Shown: positions 22,250 through 35,500 of the stretch, piece after piece
Layout of the letters: each line of letters begins with the position of its first letter
Position numbering within the stretch: the stretch's first letter is position 1
Assembly (NCBI GenBank): GCA_977020255.1
Contig: CDROCS010001406.1
Location: 62,001 to 126,000 of the forward strand
Reading direction: 5' to 3'
From: Obrimoposthia wandeli
Taxonomy: Eukaryota
Length of the DNA: 64,000 bases
Program-made: the position numbers and the translations under genes
Notes under the pieces: generated by a model
The model's input: only the letters and a program-made list of their open reading frames with translations
The model's database searches: none
What the model was told of the DNA's origin: nothing

Positions 22250-23075
22250 GTTTATCTAGGAAAAATTTCTTGAAAATCGTATTCAAATACAATCAAATTG
22301 AATATGGTTAATTTTTGAAATCAAAATATACTTGAAAATCTTCTGTAATAACTGAAATTGTTATAAGGGAACATTTTCTTGAATATGGGTAATTTCTGAA
22401 ATCAAAATGGACTTGAAGATTTTTAATAAAATCAGATTGAATCAGTTGAAAATTTTTATTTTAGCTTCTATCAATGAACCATATATACAGAAAGTAAATC
22501 AATAGTTAATTTGGGCCACTTTGTTGATACTGAGCCATGGCAAACCAATCAAAATGGTTAAAGAGATAGAGCAGGAGGGAGATAGATGCGATGTAAAGAG
22601 GGACATCTTGGCACAGTTTTTCCAGAGATAGATTGTAGTCGTTGGTTGTGTCAGACGATGGTAGGATGGATGGACAGGCACAAATTGTTTGGGAAGGAAT
22701 AGTGGAAGGGGAATTGTGTTGTTGGGCGGACATCTCCACAGATGAGAGGAGAAGACAAAGTTCATCATCTTCGTCTTCTTCAGTAGGGAACAGTCGTTGT
22801 CGCTGCCCACTCGCTAAATCTGAATGAGAGCCATTCTGCATCTGGCTCCTTTGTCACATGAGGAAGGTAGAATGGAGGATTGGAAGGGGAAGAAGCCTGG
22901 GAGAAACTGAATTTGTGCTGGGCGGAAAATTCCAGCGAGATTAAAGGATTTACTTATCTCCGATCTGCCTATATAAAATTCACTTTTTCTGCCGCCTTCC
23001 TGACGAGCCTGGAAAGGCGAAACGGGTTTTTTACCCCGTCGGAAGCTGATAAATCAATTACCTTGAATGCACTTT
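22250..23075 (-). repeat. Solo or degenerate LTR-like island (LTR-C), related in architecture to LTR-A and LTR-B
   Basis: Same polarity as the other two: AT-rich short repeats, then a GA-rich segment, then a hammerhead, then TGCACTTTGG (inverted form of the LTR-terminal CCAAAGTGCA). Boundaries are uncertain. Confidence 0.45.
22996..23045 (+). ncRNA. Type I hammerhead ribozyme (HHR2)
   Basis: CTTC-CTGACGA-GCCT[GGAA]AGGC-GAAA-CGGG[TTTTTTAC]CCCG-TC^-GGAAG. The core is intact, with predicted cleavage after 23040. Stem I is imperfect, as if one C had been lost. Confidence 0.85.
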
Positions 23076-23329
23076 GGATACTCGTTATAAATGTAAATTT
23101 AAATTGACCTAAACATTTTTAATTAATTTTTAAAAAGCATTCAAACTCAACAATAGTAAGAGAGATTTATACACATTTTATATGCGCAATGTTCACCATG
23201 ATCACGATATGGAAAACAAATATTTCTTGAAATTTTTAATATATGATCACGTGAAATATTAAAAATGTTTAATCTTAATTTTTGATTTTTATTGTCATAT
23301 ACTTTTTACTATTTATTTGATCTTTATTT

Positions 23330-24118
23330 GTCCTATTGCTTTTCGGAGTCCTGTAGGGGATTTGATGGCTGCATTTGCCAGATGTGTCGCTGCGTTGATT
23401 GTACCTTTCTTTCTCGACAGACAGACCCTGGAGAAGTGTCCCGTTTCATGCATTTGTTGCACGTTGCATTTTTTGCTGAATATATGTATTTCTTACATGA
23501 TATTCTTTTCCTCAGATGTAACATTTCCCTCGTTTTTGGACTGCTGCTGCCGTAAGAAATTCTGATATTTCTTCTGATTACGGTAGGTTACGGACCGCGT
23601 ATAAATGTGTTGATCTTCTAACATAAGCGTCTGAGTTCTCCATAGCGGCTTCCAAAGATTGAGCTTGGGAGATTGCTTGAGTTAAACTCAGTTCTTCGTT
23701 TTCTAGAAGTCTTTGCCGAGCTGAGTGCAGTTTAATTCCTGATACGAATGCGTCCCGGATATATTCGTATCGGTGTACTTCTGCCGTGGTAGTTTGTGGC
23801 GAGAACTTGTAGAACAGTCACAAAGTCCTCAACGTTTTCCTCTGCTTTCTGGGACCTGTGCATAAGATGATATCTAGAGAATATCTCATTCTTTTTTGCA
23901 ACGAGGCTTCGGTCCAGGATCTCGATAGCTTCGAAGTATGACTTTGCATTTGCGATTCTTGAGTAAATGTTTGAAGATACGTTACTGATGAGGAGAATAA
24001 GTTTTTCTTCGTCCATCGCTTTGGTCCGATTTGTAGTTAGGTTGAGGATCCGTTTCCAATGTTTATACTCGGTCTCAGACTTACCTTTCAGTTTTGGAAA
24101 AGTAAAGAGTTTCTCCAT
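23330..24118 (-). pseudogene. gag: Gag fragment of a second, unrelated Gypsy (Mag-like) element
   Basis: KHWKR...KLILL.SNVS..IY..I.....EAI.IL...KNEIFSRY.L..R.Q..EE.VEDFV..L..LA, then after a frameshift YIRDAFVSGI, a degenerate zinc knuckle and PTGLRKAIGQI (protease start). Confidence 0.8.
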
Positions 24119-24269
24119 CGATGAGTAAAATTTAGTTGAATAAATTGAAGTGAAATTAATAACAAGTTTTATTCAACTAAATTTGAAAAGTGCTAATATC
24201 TAGAAGACTAGATATAACAACAAAGTTCATCACAGAGACTATTGGAAGATTTTGTAATATTTGTAAGTT

Positions 24270-24420
24270 CAATGTTTGTTATTTTTTGTAATTTTGTTTC
24301 TCAAATTTCGTTTGAAAATGAGTTTACTGTATTTTGAAGTCGATTAAAAATAAGAAATTTGGCTAAAAGTTGGAAACATCCTAAGATTAATTTCCATGTT
24401 AAACCACAAACTTGATATTA
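24270..24420 (-). pseudogene. Fragment of the chuvirus-like glycoprotein C-terminus
   Basis: Encodes GLTWKLILGCFQLLAKFLIFN..QN.VN..SNE, versus GLTWKLILGCFPFLAKFLIFN..QN.VN..SNE at ~12930-13045. The DNA similarity is directly visible. Confidence 0.88.
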
Positions 24421-26346
24421 CTAACTTATGTTGATTAAGTAGAGTTTATAAGCTATTCCACTGCATTATTCTGTTTTGTAAACAAAATATTCTCGTAATT
24501 TCATATAGAATCCATAAATTTAATTTCAGAATCTTTTAGAGGAGGCAAAATTTATTTTATGGAAAGCCATAATTACTAATTTTAAACGCATAAAATTTGT
24601 TTATATAAAAAGCCATCTGAGAAAATATCTAGTTGGTGTTTTCTATTCCCCTTTCTATCCTTTTATATTTGGTCCTAAAGAGATCCAGGATTCGTTCTCA
24701 CTATATTATGTGCTATGTTTTCATATAAACTATGAGGCCAGTTAAAAAGAAGCATAATAATTTATTTTACTTCTCAAGATTCTTGGAGCATCAATAACCT
24801 TAACCGAAAATCTATCCATTGAAGTAAAAGTGAAAATTGATTCATTTAATTATTGATTACAAGTTTTCTTTCTTTGAATATAATAATCTACATACTTGAA
24901 CCTCAAAAGTTCTTTTTATATTGGCGTATTTAAGTATTCGTAAACATAATTTATTTAAAACTTTTTATTTACGAATAGTAGTTAAAAATTTGAATATAAA
25001 ATGTTTTTATACTAGAATTTTCTTAGTTAAAATTTAAACTAATTGGAATTGATAAAATTGCGTATAAACAAAAAAAATAAATTATTGAGTCACAATTTTA
25101 AATATGTTACTAGTATACATGGGGAATTTTCACTTACATTAGCAAATTTTGAATACTTATATTAAATTATATATAATTTTTGAATACAATAAGTTTGTAA
25201 AAGAGCATACAAAAGTCAAATATTACTAAATCTTTTGCTAACTTTATTTAACAAATTCATCAGAATTAAATTTATGAGTTTTTGTACATTTATTGAAGCT
25301 CTAATTCCAGAATTCAATTCGATATCCGATTAATTATCTAAAAATATCAAAAAGCCAAATATTTATGATATTTCCATCTGACTACAGATTAGTTAGAAAT
25401 GCTCAATTAACAAAGGATGGAATAATGGATATAAGGAAATCTTACTGTTGAAAAATCAAGCACCTTTACTATTAATAATATCTACCTTGGAAAGCAGGAA
25501 ACGCTTCTGACCAATAAATAATATTACTGTTAATTTTACAATTTTAGAGATCGACTTATTGTGCATAATATCTTGAACATATTCATATTGTTATCACTTA
25601 TTAAAACTCGATAATGCTCACATAGTCTTATGACATTTCATTACTTCTACCATTATCAGTTTCATAAGGGATTAGGAATTTTAAAAATGGGAAGGTGTTA
25701 AATGAAAAAGTCAAAGTTGATTGATTTAAAAATGTATTGGTTCTGTAGAAAACTTTACAAATTTACAGAAAGTCTCAATAAACGGTTTTGGGATAGCATG
25801 TGAGCTCCAAAGCAGCACCGACACACAATCCGCACTCGGGTCGTACCTCAATCAATCATGTTCCTTCACACTCACATACAGCGGGATATACCACACATTT
25901 ATGCATACATTTCATATTTATAAATAGAGATATATCAATATTAATTACAACAAGAATTATCGAGTAACCAAATCGCAAAAGCAAACTGTTTCCAGTCGTC
26001 AGTGATATGTTTGAGGCAACGATCCCGGTGCAGGGAGCGTGATGCTGTCTGCTGCTTCAGGACACACATTCACTCTTTACTGCTGCTTAAGTTGTTTGAT
26101 GTACACATATACAAACTGTTGCTGCTTCGCGAGAGAAAAATAAAAATAAAATGTTAAAAGAAGAAGTAGTAAATAGGACCCCGAGGAAACACACGTCGTG
26201 AAGAGAAGGATGCAAAGAGGGTCGTGTCTGGTACGAGACCCCGACTACAGATTGTTTCTTTTGGCAGTCAGAGTGGCGTAAATGCTGCGTGACGACGCTC
26301 TCCGCACAAGCGAAAATAGGGTGACAGGAAGGGGTGTCGGTGCACC

Positions 26347-26521
26347 TCACCGCCATACAACAGAGGCATCTGATTGGCCAACTGCGGACCCGGAAGAGGT
26401 GGGAAGGGCAACAGCAGCATGTATGTTTCCATTGGGTGAGGGGACAATGCTGCCATAGCGGTAGTTGGGGCCACTCGAGGCGGGGTTCAGAATGCCACCC
26501 CCGCTCTGGTGCAACTGGATG

Positions 26522-26554
<33 letters not shown>

Positions 26555-29500
26555 ATTTGTTGTTGCTGCTGTTGCGACTTGAGGTGCATGGCCTGCATTG
26601 TGGCCTGCTGTTGCTGCTGCTGCAGTTGCTGCTGTTGGTAGCCCGGCCTTGATAGCAAACTGCCGTTGTTCAGCACCTGCAGTCGGCGAAAAAATTGATT
26701 ATAGTTACTTTCTGAAAAGACAATTAGAGTGGTATTTGAATAATAACAAAATGTATTATATAATATCCTGAAACAGGGCTTTTCACACATTTTTGCACAA
26801 ATTAATAAAAATAAAATAATCATTCGTACTACTAAAGGTTATATGTATACGATAAGAAAACGCATGTTATATTTTATACAAACAACAAAAACATACAAAC
26901 TAAATAACTAATAGCTAGCACAACGTTTTGACTTATTTGGTTAAATATCACTGAGCTTCTTTCGAGAAGATTATTTACACTACATATATATTAACTGTTG
27001 TTATAGTAGTATATTTCTCAGAGAATGTGGTGGAGATTAGAAACGATTCTGACGTACAATAGGGAGCTGAAGACTATAAGAACTATCTAGTTGTTAGTTC
27101 TCTCGGAACTTTCCCTCGGGAAAAATCGTATTTGGAACGTAGTAGTATTTGGTAAAGCAAATAATTAGAAATACTGGGATGTAATGTCCTCAATTCATTC
27201 CTATATTTGTGGCTTTCTTAAATGACGTTGGACGAATTTTGGTAAGCAAAGCTTGCAATAGATGATGATCACAGAAAATAGTGGAAACTATTTCTAACAT
27301 ATTATGTGTTGACATGATTTATTTCTTTGTAATTTCTTTTGAAAAAAAATTTTAAAGTAGAGATTTATTTTGGTATAATCTAAAATCATCTGAAATTGAA
27401 CTATATCTTAATTATTTATTATGAAATCATCTGAAATTGAACTATATCTTAATTATTTATTATTAATTCAATTAAAATATGAAATAATTTATTTAAAAAA
27501 ATGTTATTTTGTAATATATTAATCAAATCTTATGAAAATTCCTAATTCCGTCATCACACTAGGAGTAAGTATATATGATATATTCAGCACACAAAAGTAT
27601 AATTCCAACACAGAGGACCCCGTTTTATAAGTCCATCTCCTTAATATATCCACACTGACTTGGGAATTCAAAAATGGTAGTAGTGTTTTTGTAGCTCCCG
27701 AGAAAAAACGACAAATTGGACAAGATCATTTATTACGCTCAACAATACGAGAAGGAAACCGAAGCGGATGTATAACGTGTTTAAGGCGATGATGAAATCT
27801 CTGGACCTTCAATAGCAATTGAAAAGGGACTTTGCTTTGTTTGGTTAGAGAATGGGATATTAAAAATCTTGGATTTAATGAGATGCAGCTTTTCATTAAT
27901 TTTAGAAAAATATCTTCAGATATACATATGATAAAACTCTCATCTTATCTTACGAAAAGAAGTGCCAACCGAAACAAATTATTATATTTCAATATCTATA
28001 TTCAACAAAAAACTTAGCTGCATCCCACCTGGTGATCCTGACTACCGCTGAGACCACCAACAGAGACCGCATTAGTGGAAATGGTAAATCCAGGCGGCAT
28101 TAACTCCAGTTCCACGAAGAGAGAAAAGTGGTCACTGTTCAGATGCACGTGTGGCGCTCCCACAATTCGCTGGCTGTCAAACCACTGCTCAGGGATCTGT
28201 TGCAGACTTCCCAACATCCGCATGTTGTCTTTGGTGAAGAAGATGTAGTCGATCACACCGCGGAAGTCGTAGCTGCAAGACAATTTCAGATAGCTCAAGA
28301 GAAGGACGAAAAAAATAATATAATATAATCAAATTTCACATGATTTTAAATTGTTTATGAAGATGAACTGATTAAAAAAGACAATTTGATCAAATGTAAA
28401 TATTGTAGTCTCCATATTAGAACAAATATTGCCACCAAGACAACTGAGAGAATTAAAGAAAATGTTATCAGCATATTTCTTTATTATTACTCATTAGTCA
28501 TGAATCAAACTTTCAATCAGAAACTCCTTCAATTTTCATTATTAATCTACAAGTACTATTCGTAGTATTTCTTAAATATTCAACATTGTCTTTATACATA
28601 ATGGGATATTATTATACAAATTTGCAAAATAATATCCAAAAATAGAGTATTTTTGTTTTATTGACCGCTTTTAAAATTAGCTTTAGCAACTCTTCATTTT
28701 TATCAAATCAGTATATCTATTGGCATTTTTAAAAGTATTTATTACTGAAAAATTAAGAGAATTTTAAATTATCTTCTAGCTTTTATCGTTAGCCAATGCA
28801 ATTCTATAAGACATGGTATTATGCTATATCTTTTCGTAGTTGAAATAGTAATCTTGCAGCTTTCTTGGAGGCTATTCGAATATTTATTTAGCAACTTGTA
28901 GATAAGCGAATTTTGAAAATATAATCTTAAACTGGTAACTGAATAACCCTAAAAGTTAATTATCTCGAAAGATACCAAACGACCCTGATACAATGATCTT
29001 ATTATTTATCTGTTGTGACATGGAAATAATTGCATTCAATAAGCAGCCCATACTTTTTATATAATATTTGAAACATATTTTATTAGCTCTTAGGGTTAAA
29101 TAATTTTTCTCATTGCCAAAGTTTTATGCATTCAGTTTTATTCTCATTTAGCTATAAAATTAACTAAAAATAAAATTAATAAAGTCATTAACTCTTCAAT
29201 TGCTTTTTCAAACTTTGTAACAGCTTCTTTTACTTCTTTTGGAGTAAAATGCAAGTATATTTTTTTCATATTTGTCCATTTCACTTGTCCGGGACTCCGG
29301 GACAAAAATCACATTCATCGCGAAATATTTAATTAAAATATTTTAAAAACTGAATGACGAAATATTTCAAATTCTATTTTGAGATGCTTCAACTGTAACT
29401 AAGAACAATGTTGGTGTTTAATCTTCTGACATTTTTGAGCCCTGATGTTTTTATAGCCAGTACCACCAGTAGATCAGAGAGGCGAGTAAGGATATTTCCA

Positions 29501-32500
29501 ACCGAAAACTGGTGCAGCCCTGTTTACCATATATTTTGCCAATGTTGAGATACAGTATGAGGCCTATTAAATCCTCTTACCTTCTCTGTGTTACACGTTG
29601 GAATCGTAAGCTCCAGATTACGTTAACTCAGAGGATGCAGCAGCCATTATTATAGCATTATCGTGGTACATTACACGTCCTCACAAAACGGCACAAAGCG
29701 TTGATCGTATGAGGCTTTGAGCAGTTACAATTTTTAACAAGAATAATAATCTGAGCGAGGGCAAAACAAATACAAACTAATTGTTAAGAAATTGTCATCA
29801 AGTTCTGGCAATATAAAACGGAATGATAATGAATATTTAAGTATTTTGAAGCAAGAAACTGAAAATAAGTTTATTTATTTATCCCTGGATTTCCAGGAAC
29901 GGATCAATTTATAAAATAAAAGGTAAAAATAGATTGACTTCACTTGATCCAGGGAGAGAGACCCTAATCGGCATATATAAGATAATTTATATCAAACTTT
30001 CATCATATGTTTAATCAAACTCGTATATATGGGATCTAATACTGATCCATGTGGTACACGATGGTCTTAAGTTTCTTCTTTTGTTACTGATAATATTTTT
30101 ATAGTAGTTGAATAAGTATATATATGTAAAAAGGAATCCCTTTGGTGTGCGGCGTTGTGTATTTCCTACATTGGAAGCTACCACTTATAACAAATTATAG
30201 TTGAAATAATAAATATTAAAAGCAACCAATAATGCACATTCATTTGCTTGTTAATATTTTTTAAATGTGAACGAAACCAGCAGTTTTACAGCATTTACTC
30301 CACATTTACAATATTTTAAATTTAATATTACGTTATTTTAATGTATCTGAAATTTTGGTCAATGTAATGTTAAAGGGTTTCAAGATAAACATAACTAATG
30401 TTTAATTCAATATCTTGACAGAATTAATAAATGTTATTTGATGTATTGTGTAAATTTAGAATAAAATGAAAAATTATAAATCCGACAAATACATTTTTTA
30501 AAAATATGCCTCACCCTAGTTCATACAAGAAACCCTTTAATTAGTCTTAATCTTTAAATATTTGTAGTAACTTAAGATGACTACCAAGTAGGTGAGTTTA
30601 GTCACGGGATTCATGTACACGTGTACTTGTTTGTCTTTTTTTGGTTACACTGGACTTGTATATAGACTTTAGCACATGACAATATTTACAAAATCATTAC
30701 TCCTAATATTTGAAACAATAATATTGGCTTTTTAAAACTCAGTGTACTTAAATTTGGCCATTATCAAAGACTGACTACTGATCTCTCGGGGAGTCTATGT
30801 GTAGGTCATTTAAATAAAACACATAATCTAAACTTTGCCCTGATTTCTTAACAGTGAACAGCAGGCGTACCTCGACAAGTGCACTTGACTAGGTTCAACC
30901 ACAGGGAAAAGTTGCAAATTAAAGCATTGTAACAACCACCCGTTGTCAAATCACTTATGCATGAAATGAACAATTACAAAGCCGGGCCTTAACAACCTTA
31001 CACAGAAAATCGATACACTTGTCCACAATAACGACAGTGAATTATTTTACACTCAGATGTACTAAATATAATTTTACATTGCACTAGGAGTTTTAAAAGA
31101 AAATTTGCAGTTATATGTGGAAGAGAAATTCAAAATAATTAAGGACAGTTCTTAAACATTGAAAAAATAGATCATCAAAACGTCTTTTATAAGCCATGAA
31201 TGTTTATCAAAAACTTTTTTTGAGATATTTATATGAATTTATATTAGAGTTGGATAATTTAATATTTTTTAAAGTAAATTTTCGTTGAATTACCAAAAAA
31301 GATATCAGAGCGTTTAAATACTTTAGAGTTGTGAAATATTTTTTGATTTCTAAGAACAAACAAAGAAAGGTTATTGATATAAATTTACAGACCGACAAAT
31401 TTATTTTCTAAAGATTCATTTTTAATAGAATACTTTTTGTTTAGATGATAAAATCATTTCAAGTTTGCCGTAAATATTTTTGATGTTGCTCGAACACATA
31501 ACCACAAAATTTACTACGAAACAACGATTCTTTTAGTGGATGGCGTCGGACATTTTTTAAAATACATTTTATCCGAATAAAGAAAGTGCATAATTTAATT
31601 TTCTAATCCTACAGAGACTTCAAATATTATTTTTCAAGTTATCAGAATTTGTCAATAGGGCGCTTTGTGTGGTCGCTTAAAATTTGAACTCACGTGTAAT
31701 TCGACCACTTCAATCCTCCGTCGGCATCGGATTTGTAGGCCCGGTCGAAGTTGAAATGATGTCTCAGTACATCGTCTTCGACGAACTCCTTCTGAATGGC
31801 TGTCCACTCGTCGAAGAGGTACTTGTCTCCGAAATCGCGGAAGTCGACGTGGGATTTGTCCACTTCTCCCTTCATCAGATAACCGATAACACCGGAATTC
31901 GGCAGTGAGTTGAGATCCCCACAGAATATAACGGGCATCTGCAGCAAACAGTTCAGGTCATCGTTGAATTACGCTACATTGCATTTAAAGTAACGTAATG
32001 CGTTTGAAGCTGGTCAATGAAACATTTCATAATATGAACACTTTTGGTATTTATTTTATATATTTATACGTGAAAAAACAAATAAGACACAAGATTGAAT
32101 TTAGTTTACATACTTTGATGACTTTAATTTATTTTCTTGTCTAATGTGAACGTTTGTCTAAATATTGTATTTTATAATTATAATTTTAAAGCAGTTACAG
32201 AAAGTAATTAACCAGGGGATTAATAAGCAATTATGGTGAAATACGTTTCAACTTATCTCCTAAGAATCTGAAATATATTTTTACGTTAATGTAAGGCCTA
32301 GAATGTAGTTTCAAAAATTAATATTACAAATAGTTTTAGAAATGATCAAATAATTGAGGATTACAATGAGAAAATAGATTAATTTGATGATTTATTTAGT
32401 ACCTATGAGAGATACAAAGCTATGAAAAGAATTATGAATATTTAATTCAGAAAATAGTTCAAGAAATGAACAGTAAAAAGGTGAAATGTTGGTGAAACTG

Positions 32501-35500
32501 AAGAAACAAATGGAATAGAACATTCAATTCCATATAATAACGAAGCTGAAGTATGTATAGATCACTTAGGGCCGATGAATACTTGCTGATTAATTAGTCA
32601 GGATTCAAATTGACAATTGAGCCGATGACGAGATTGTAGCACTTTAAAGTTCTTTGTATGCGTGTATGTAGTTGTGTGAAGTGTCTGGCTATATAATAGA
32701 TATAGATGGAGTGAACAGTCAATGTTGTAATTGTGTGATGCTATGAAATGTTAATGTTGACTAAACGAGTAATATGAAAATTAAATTATACGTTTGAAAC
32801 AAGAGCCATAAATTATAATTTAGTACAATTAGATACAATAGATAAGTCAAGGTAAACAGAAAACAAGAAAGAAAATGATTATTTTGTCAATTTTATTTTA
32901 TTTGCTGTTTTCGAAAAAATTCATTTTCTAGTATGCGATATTTTGAAAAATGAAAATATGAATAATGAACGTTGTCTAAAGCGTACACATTTTGGTATGT
33001 ACATGTTACATTTGAGTATATGTAAGCGTTACATTAGACAAATTCAACAGACACTCTCTTTGTATTCTTAGCAGTAACAAGCTAATAGAAACAGTAAAAT
33101 AGAAGCAAAGAAATATCTCATGAGACAAGTTAAACTGAATATAGCACAAGACTGAAGTTTTAAATATTACTACAAAGAAAATTAAAATAAGTTTTAATGA
33201 CCGAAGAAGATCATTTGTTTGCATATAGCCTTATATAATTAACTGTCTGTAATAAACTGATTTGAGGATTTCGATGAGAATCTACGACACAGAAGATTAG
33301 ATTCTTAAATTATTGGAATCCCATACTCAGTTAGTTTACCATGTTGATGCTACGAAATGTTTTAATTTAATCGTGACTATCTAGCACTTTGATATCCCAC
33401 ATGCATAGTAAATTATCAGAATTGTATATAGGCCGAAATATAAGATATACGACTTAAAGTTAGAAAAACAATAAAACCAAAAATTATATTCACCCCAACC
33501 ACGCCTATACTTTAAAATGCTTAAAAATGCTTAAAAATGCTTAATTTAAATATATCTGTAGAAGTGCACTCTGTAATTATTTAATTTTATTAACCATAAA
33601 CCTACAATAATAAAAATATTATAATTGAAAGATCCCTATTTCAGCTAATACGGTAGTTCAATTATGTTTTAGGAAAAGGAAACATTGCATTTAAGGAAAC
33701 ATGAAGTTGTTTAGCATAAAATACACTCTAATAAAGAAGCTATTTTACCCGCCTGAAATATTTGTTTTCATAATTTATATTGATAAACAATTAAATCTCA
33801 GAAGTTGTATTTCAAAATAAAACAAAAAGTAAAATAATAGTTTTATTACGTCATATATTAAAGTGATGCTTTCGGAGGAACAAACACGATTGCTGTTCTT
33901 GTACGAGTGGAAATAAAGTCATCATTATGTGGAAGCAGCCAAAAATAGATTTCACTTTTCCAGAGTTGTAAATGATAGAACCAGTAGACAATGGTTTAAA
34001 GGGTTTGAAGATAAGGAGCAAGATCAGACTGTGTCCGTTCAGACGCCCCGAAGGAATATTTTGAAGCGTATCCACAATCATCAGTTATATCAATTCTATG
34101 GCTTTTGAAGTATCCAAATCAACCATTGACAATGACATTAAAGAGGTTAAGAAGGTAAATAAATGGACAAAAGAGCTCAGGTACTAAGCCTGCTATTATC
34201 TAATGATTCAACACAAAATAGATACATTTCTTAAGCGTTTGTGACAAAAAGCGTAAAAAACTATGATAGAAAGCACTGGAGACAATTATTGGAAAAATAG
34301 CAGCATCCGGAACAATTTTTCCGAAACCAGCACTTTATGAATCGAAGATTGTTCCAGTCGGGTTTTATCCATTAAAAGTATTTGAAAACCGGTTCTACAA
34401 TTCATTTTACATGGGATTTTACATGCCCAAAATTGTATTAATCAATGATTGACAGAAAATGACTTTTATCGCAGCACGCCAATGTCAGACCACATATTCT
34501 TAACAAGAACTGCCTTGCTCAAAGCTGATTGATGTCATTTATGGAGTTATAGCCCAACTTCCCTATTCTCTCAATAAAGATACCTCATTTATTCAGTTAT
34601 CTAGATCACTTTGTCGACGAGAAATTTTTCAAAAATTTCGGAAGCATTAAATCATGTGTTGAGGAATTCTTTGAATCGTCGTCTTGATTTTCATAAATCC
34701 GGAATCAAAACGCGAATAGAAAGATGGGAAGATTCTTCTTTAATTGACAAATATATTTATTTTTTAAATGTTTTGTATAATTGACATAATTAAAAATTTC
34801 AATAAAATATATTTTATGAATAATTATTTTCCAGAAATTGGAAAAGTAGCACTTTTATAGAAATCCGAGTATAAAATTGAGCTTTACAATCTCAGATATT
34901 TGATTTTTTTCTATGGGTTGAAATCAATTTAATGAAGTCTTCTGAAAAGTTCTTCGGAGTATATTAGTAAAGGGATGAAGTGGCAAAAAATATTGATCAT
35001 ATTATAGTTGTATTGATATTCTAAAATTCGTTTATTTGTATCAAAAATTACTATTTCCTTACACTAGCGGTAAAGAAAGGTGAACTTTTATATATATTTA
35101 TGAAGAAATATAATAGATTAACAAATTAATATTTTATAAATCTCTTTAAATCATGTTTGAAAAGATTCTCTTGATTCAAAGCATAACATAATAAGTTGTG
35201 ATAATATATTTTTGAAATGCGATAAATAGATTATAATGATTAGATAGGTAGTAAAAAATAGAACATTAATTGTCACAGAGGAATAATCAAAAGTGCTTAT
35301 GAAAAATGTATGGAAGATTTACTAGAACATAAGCCAGACATAATAGAGATTAGGAATTATTTGTAGACGGAAATGTAGACGGAAAAAACTATCAGAATTC
35401 ATTAGAATTCATTTTATAATCATAACTTTTATTACCATGACATTTAGTGTTACTTTGATGGCTCTTTTTACCGTAAAACAACACCTGTGATGTGATCATA

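Noticed and set aside
22499-23107. Four overlapping ORFs in the 22.5-23.1 kb island
   Set aside because: No motifs; they arise from locally higher GC in the LTR-like island.
25995-26020. CTGACGA...GAAAC on the minus strand
   Set aside because: No room for stem II and no stem I or III pairing; not a hammerhead.
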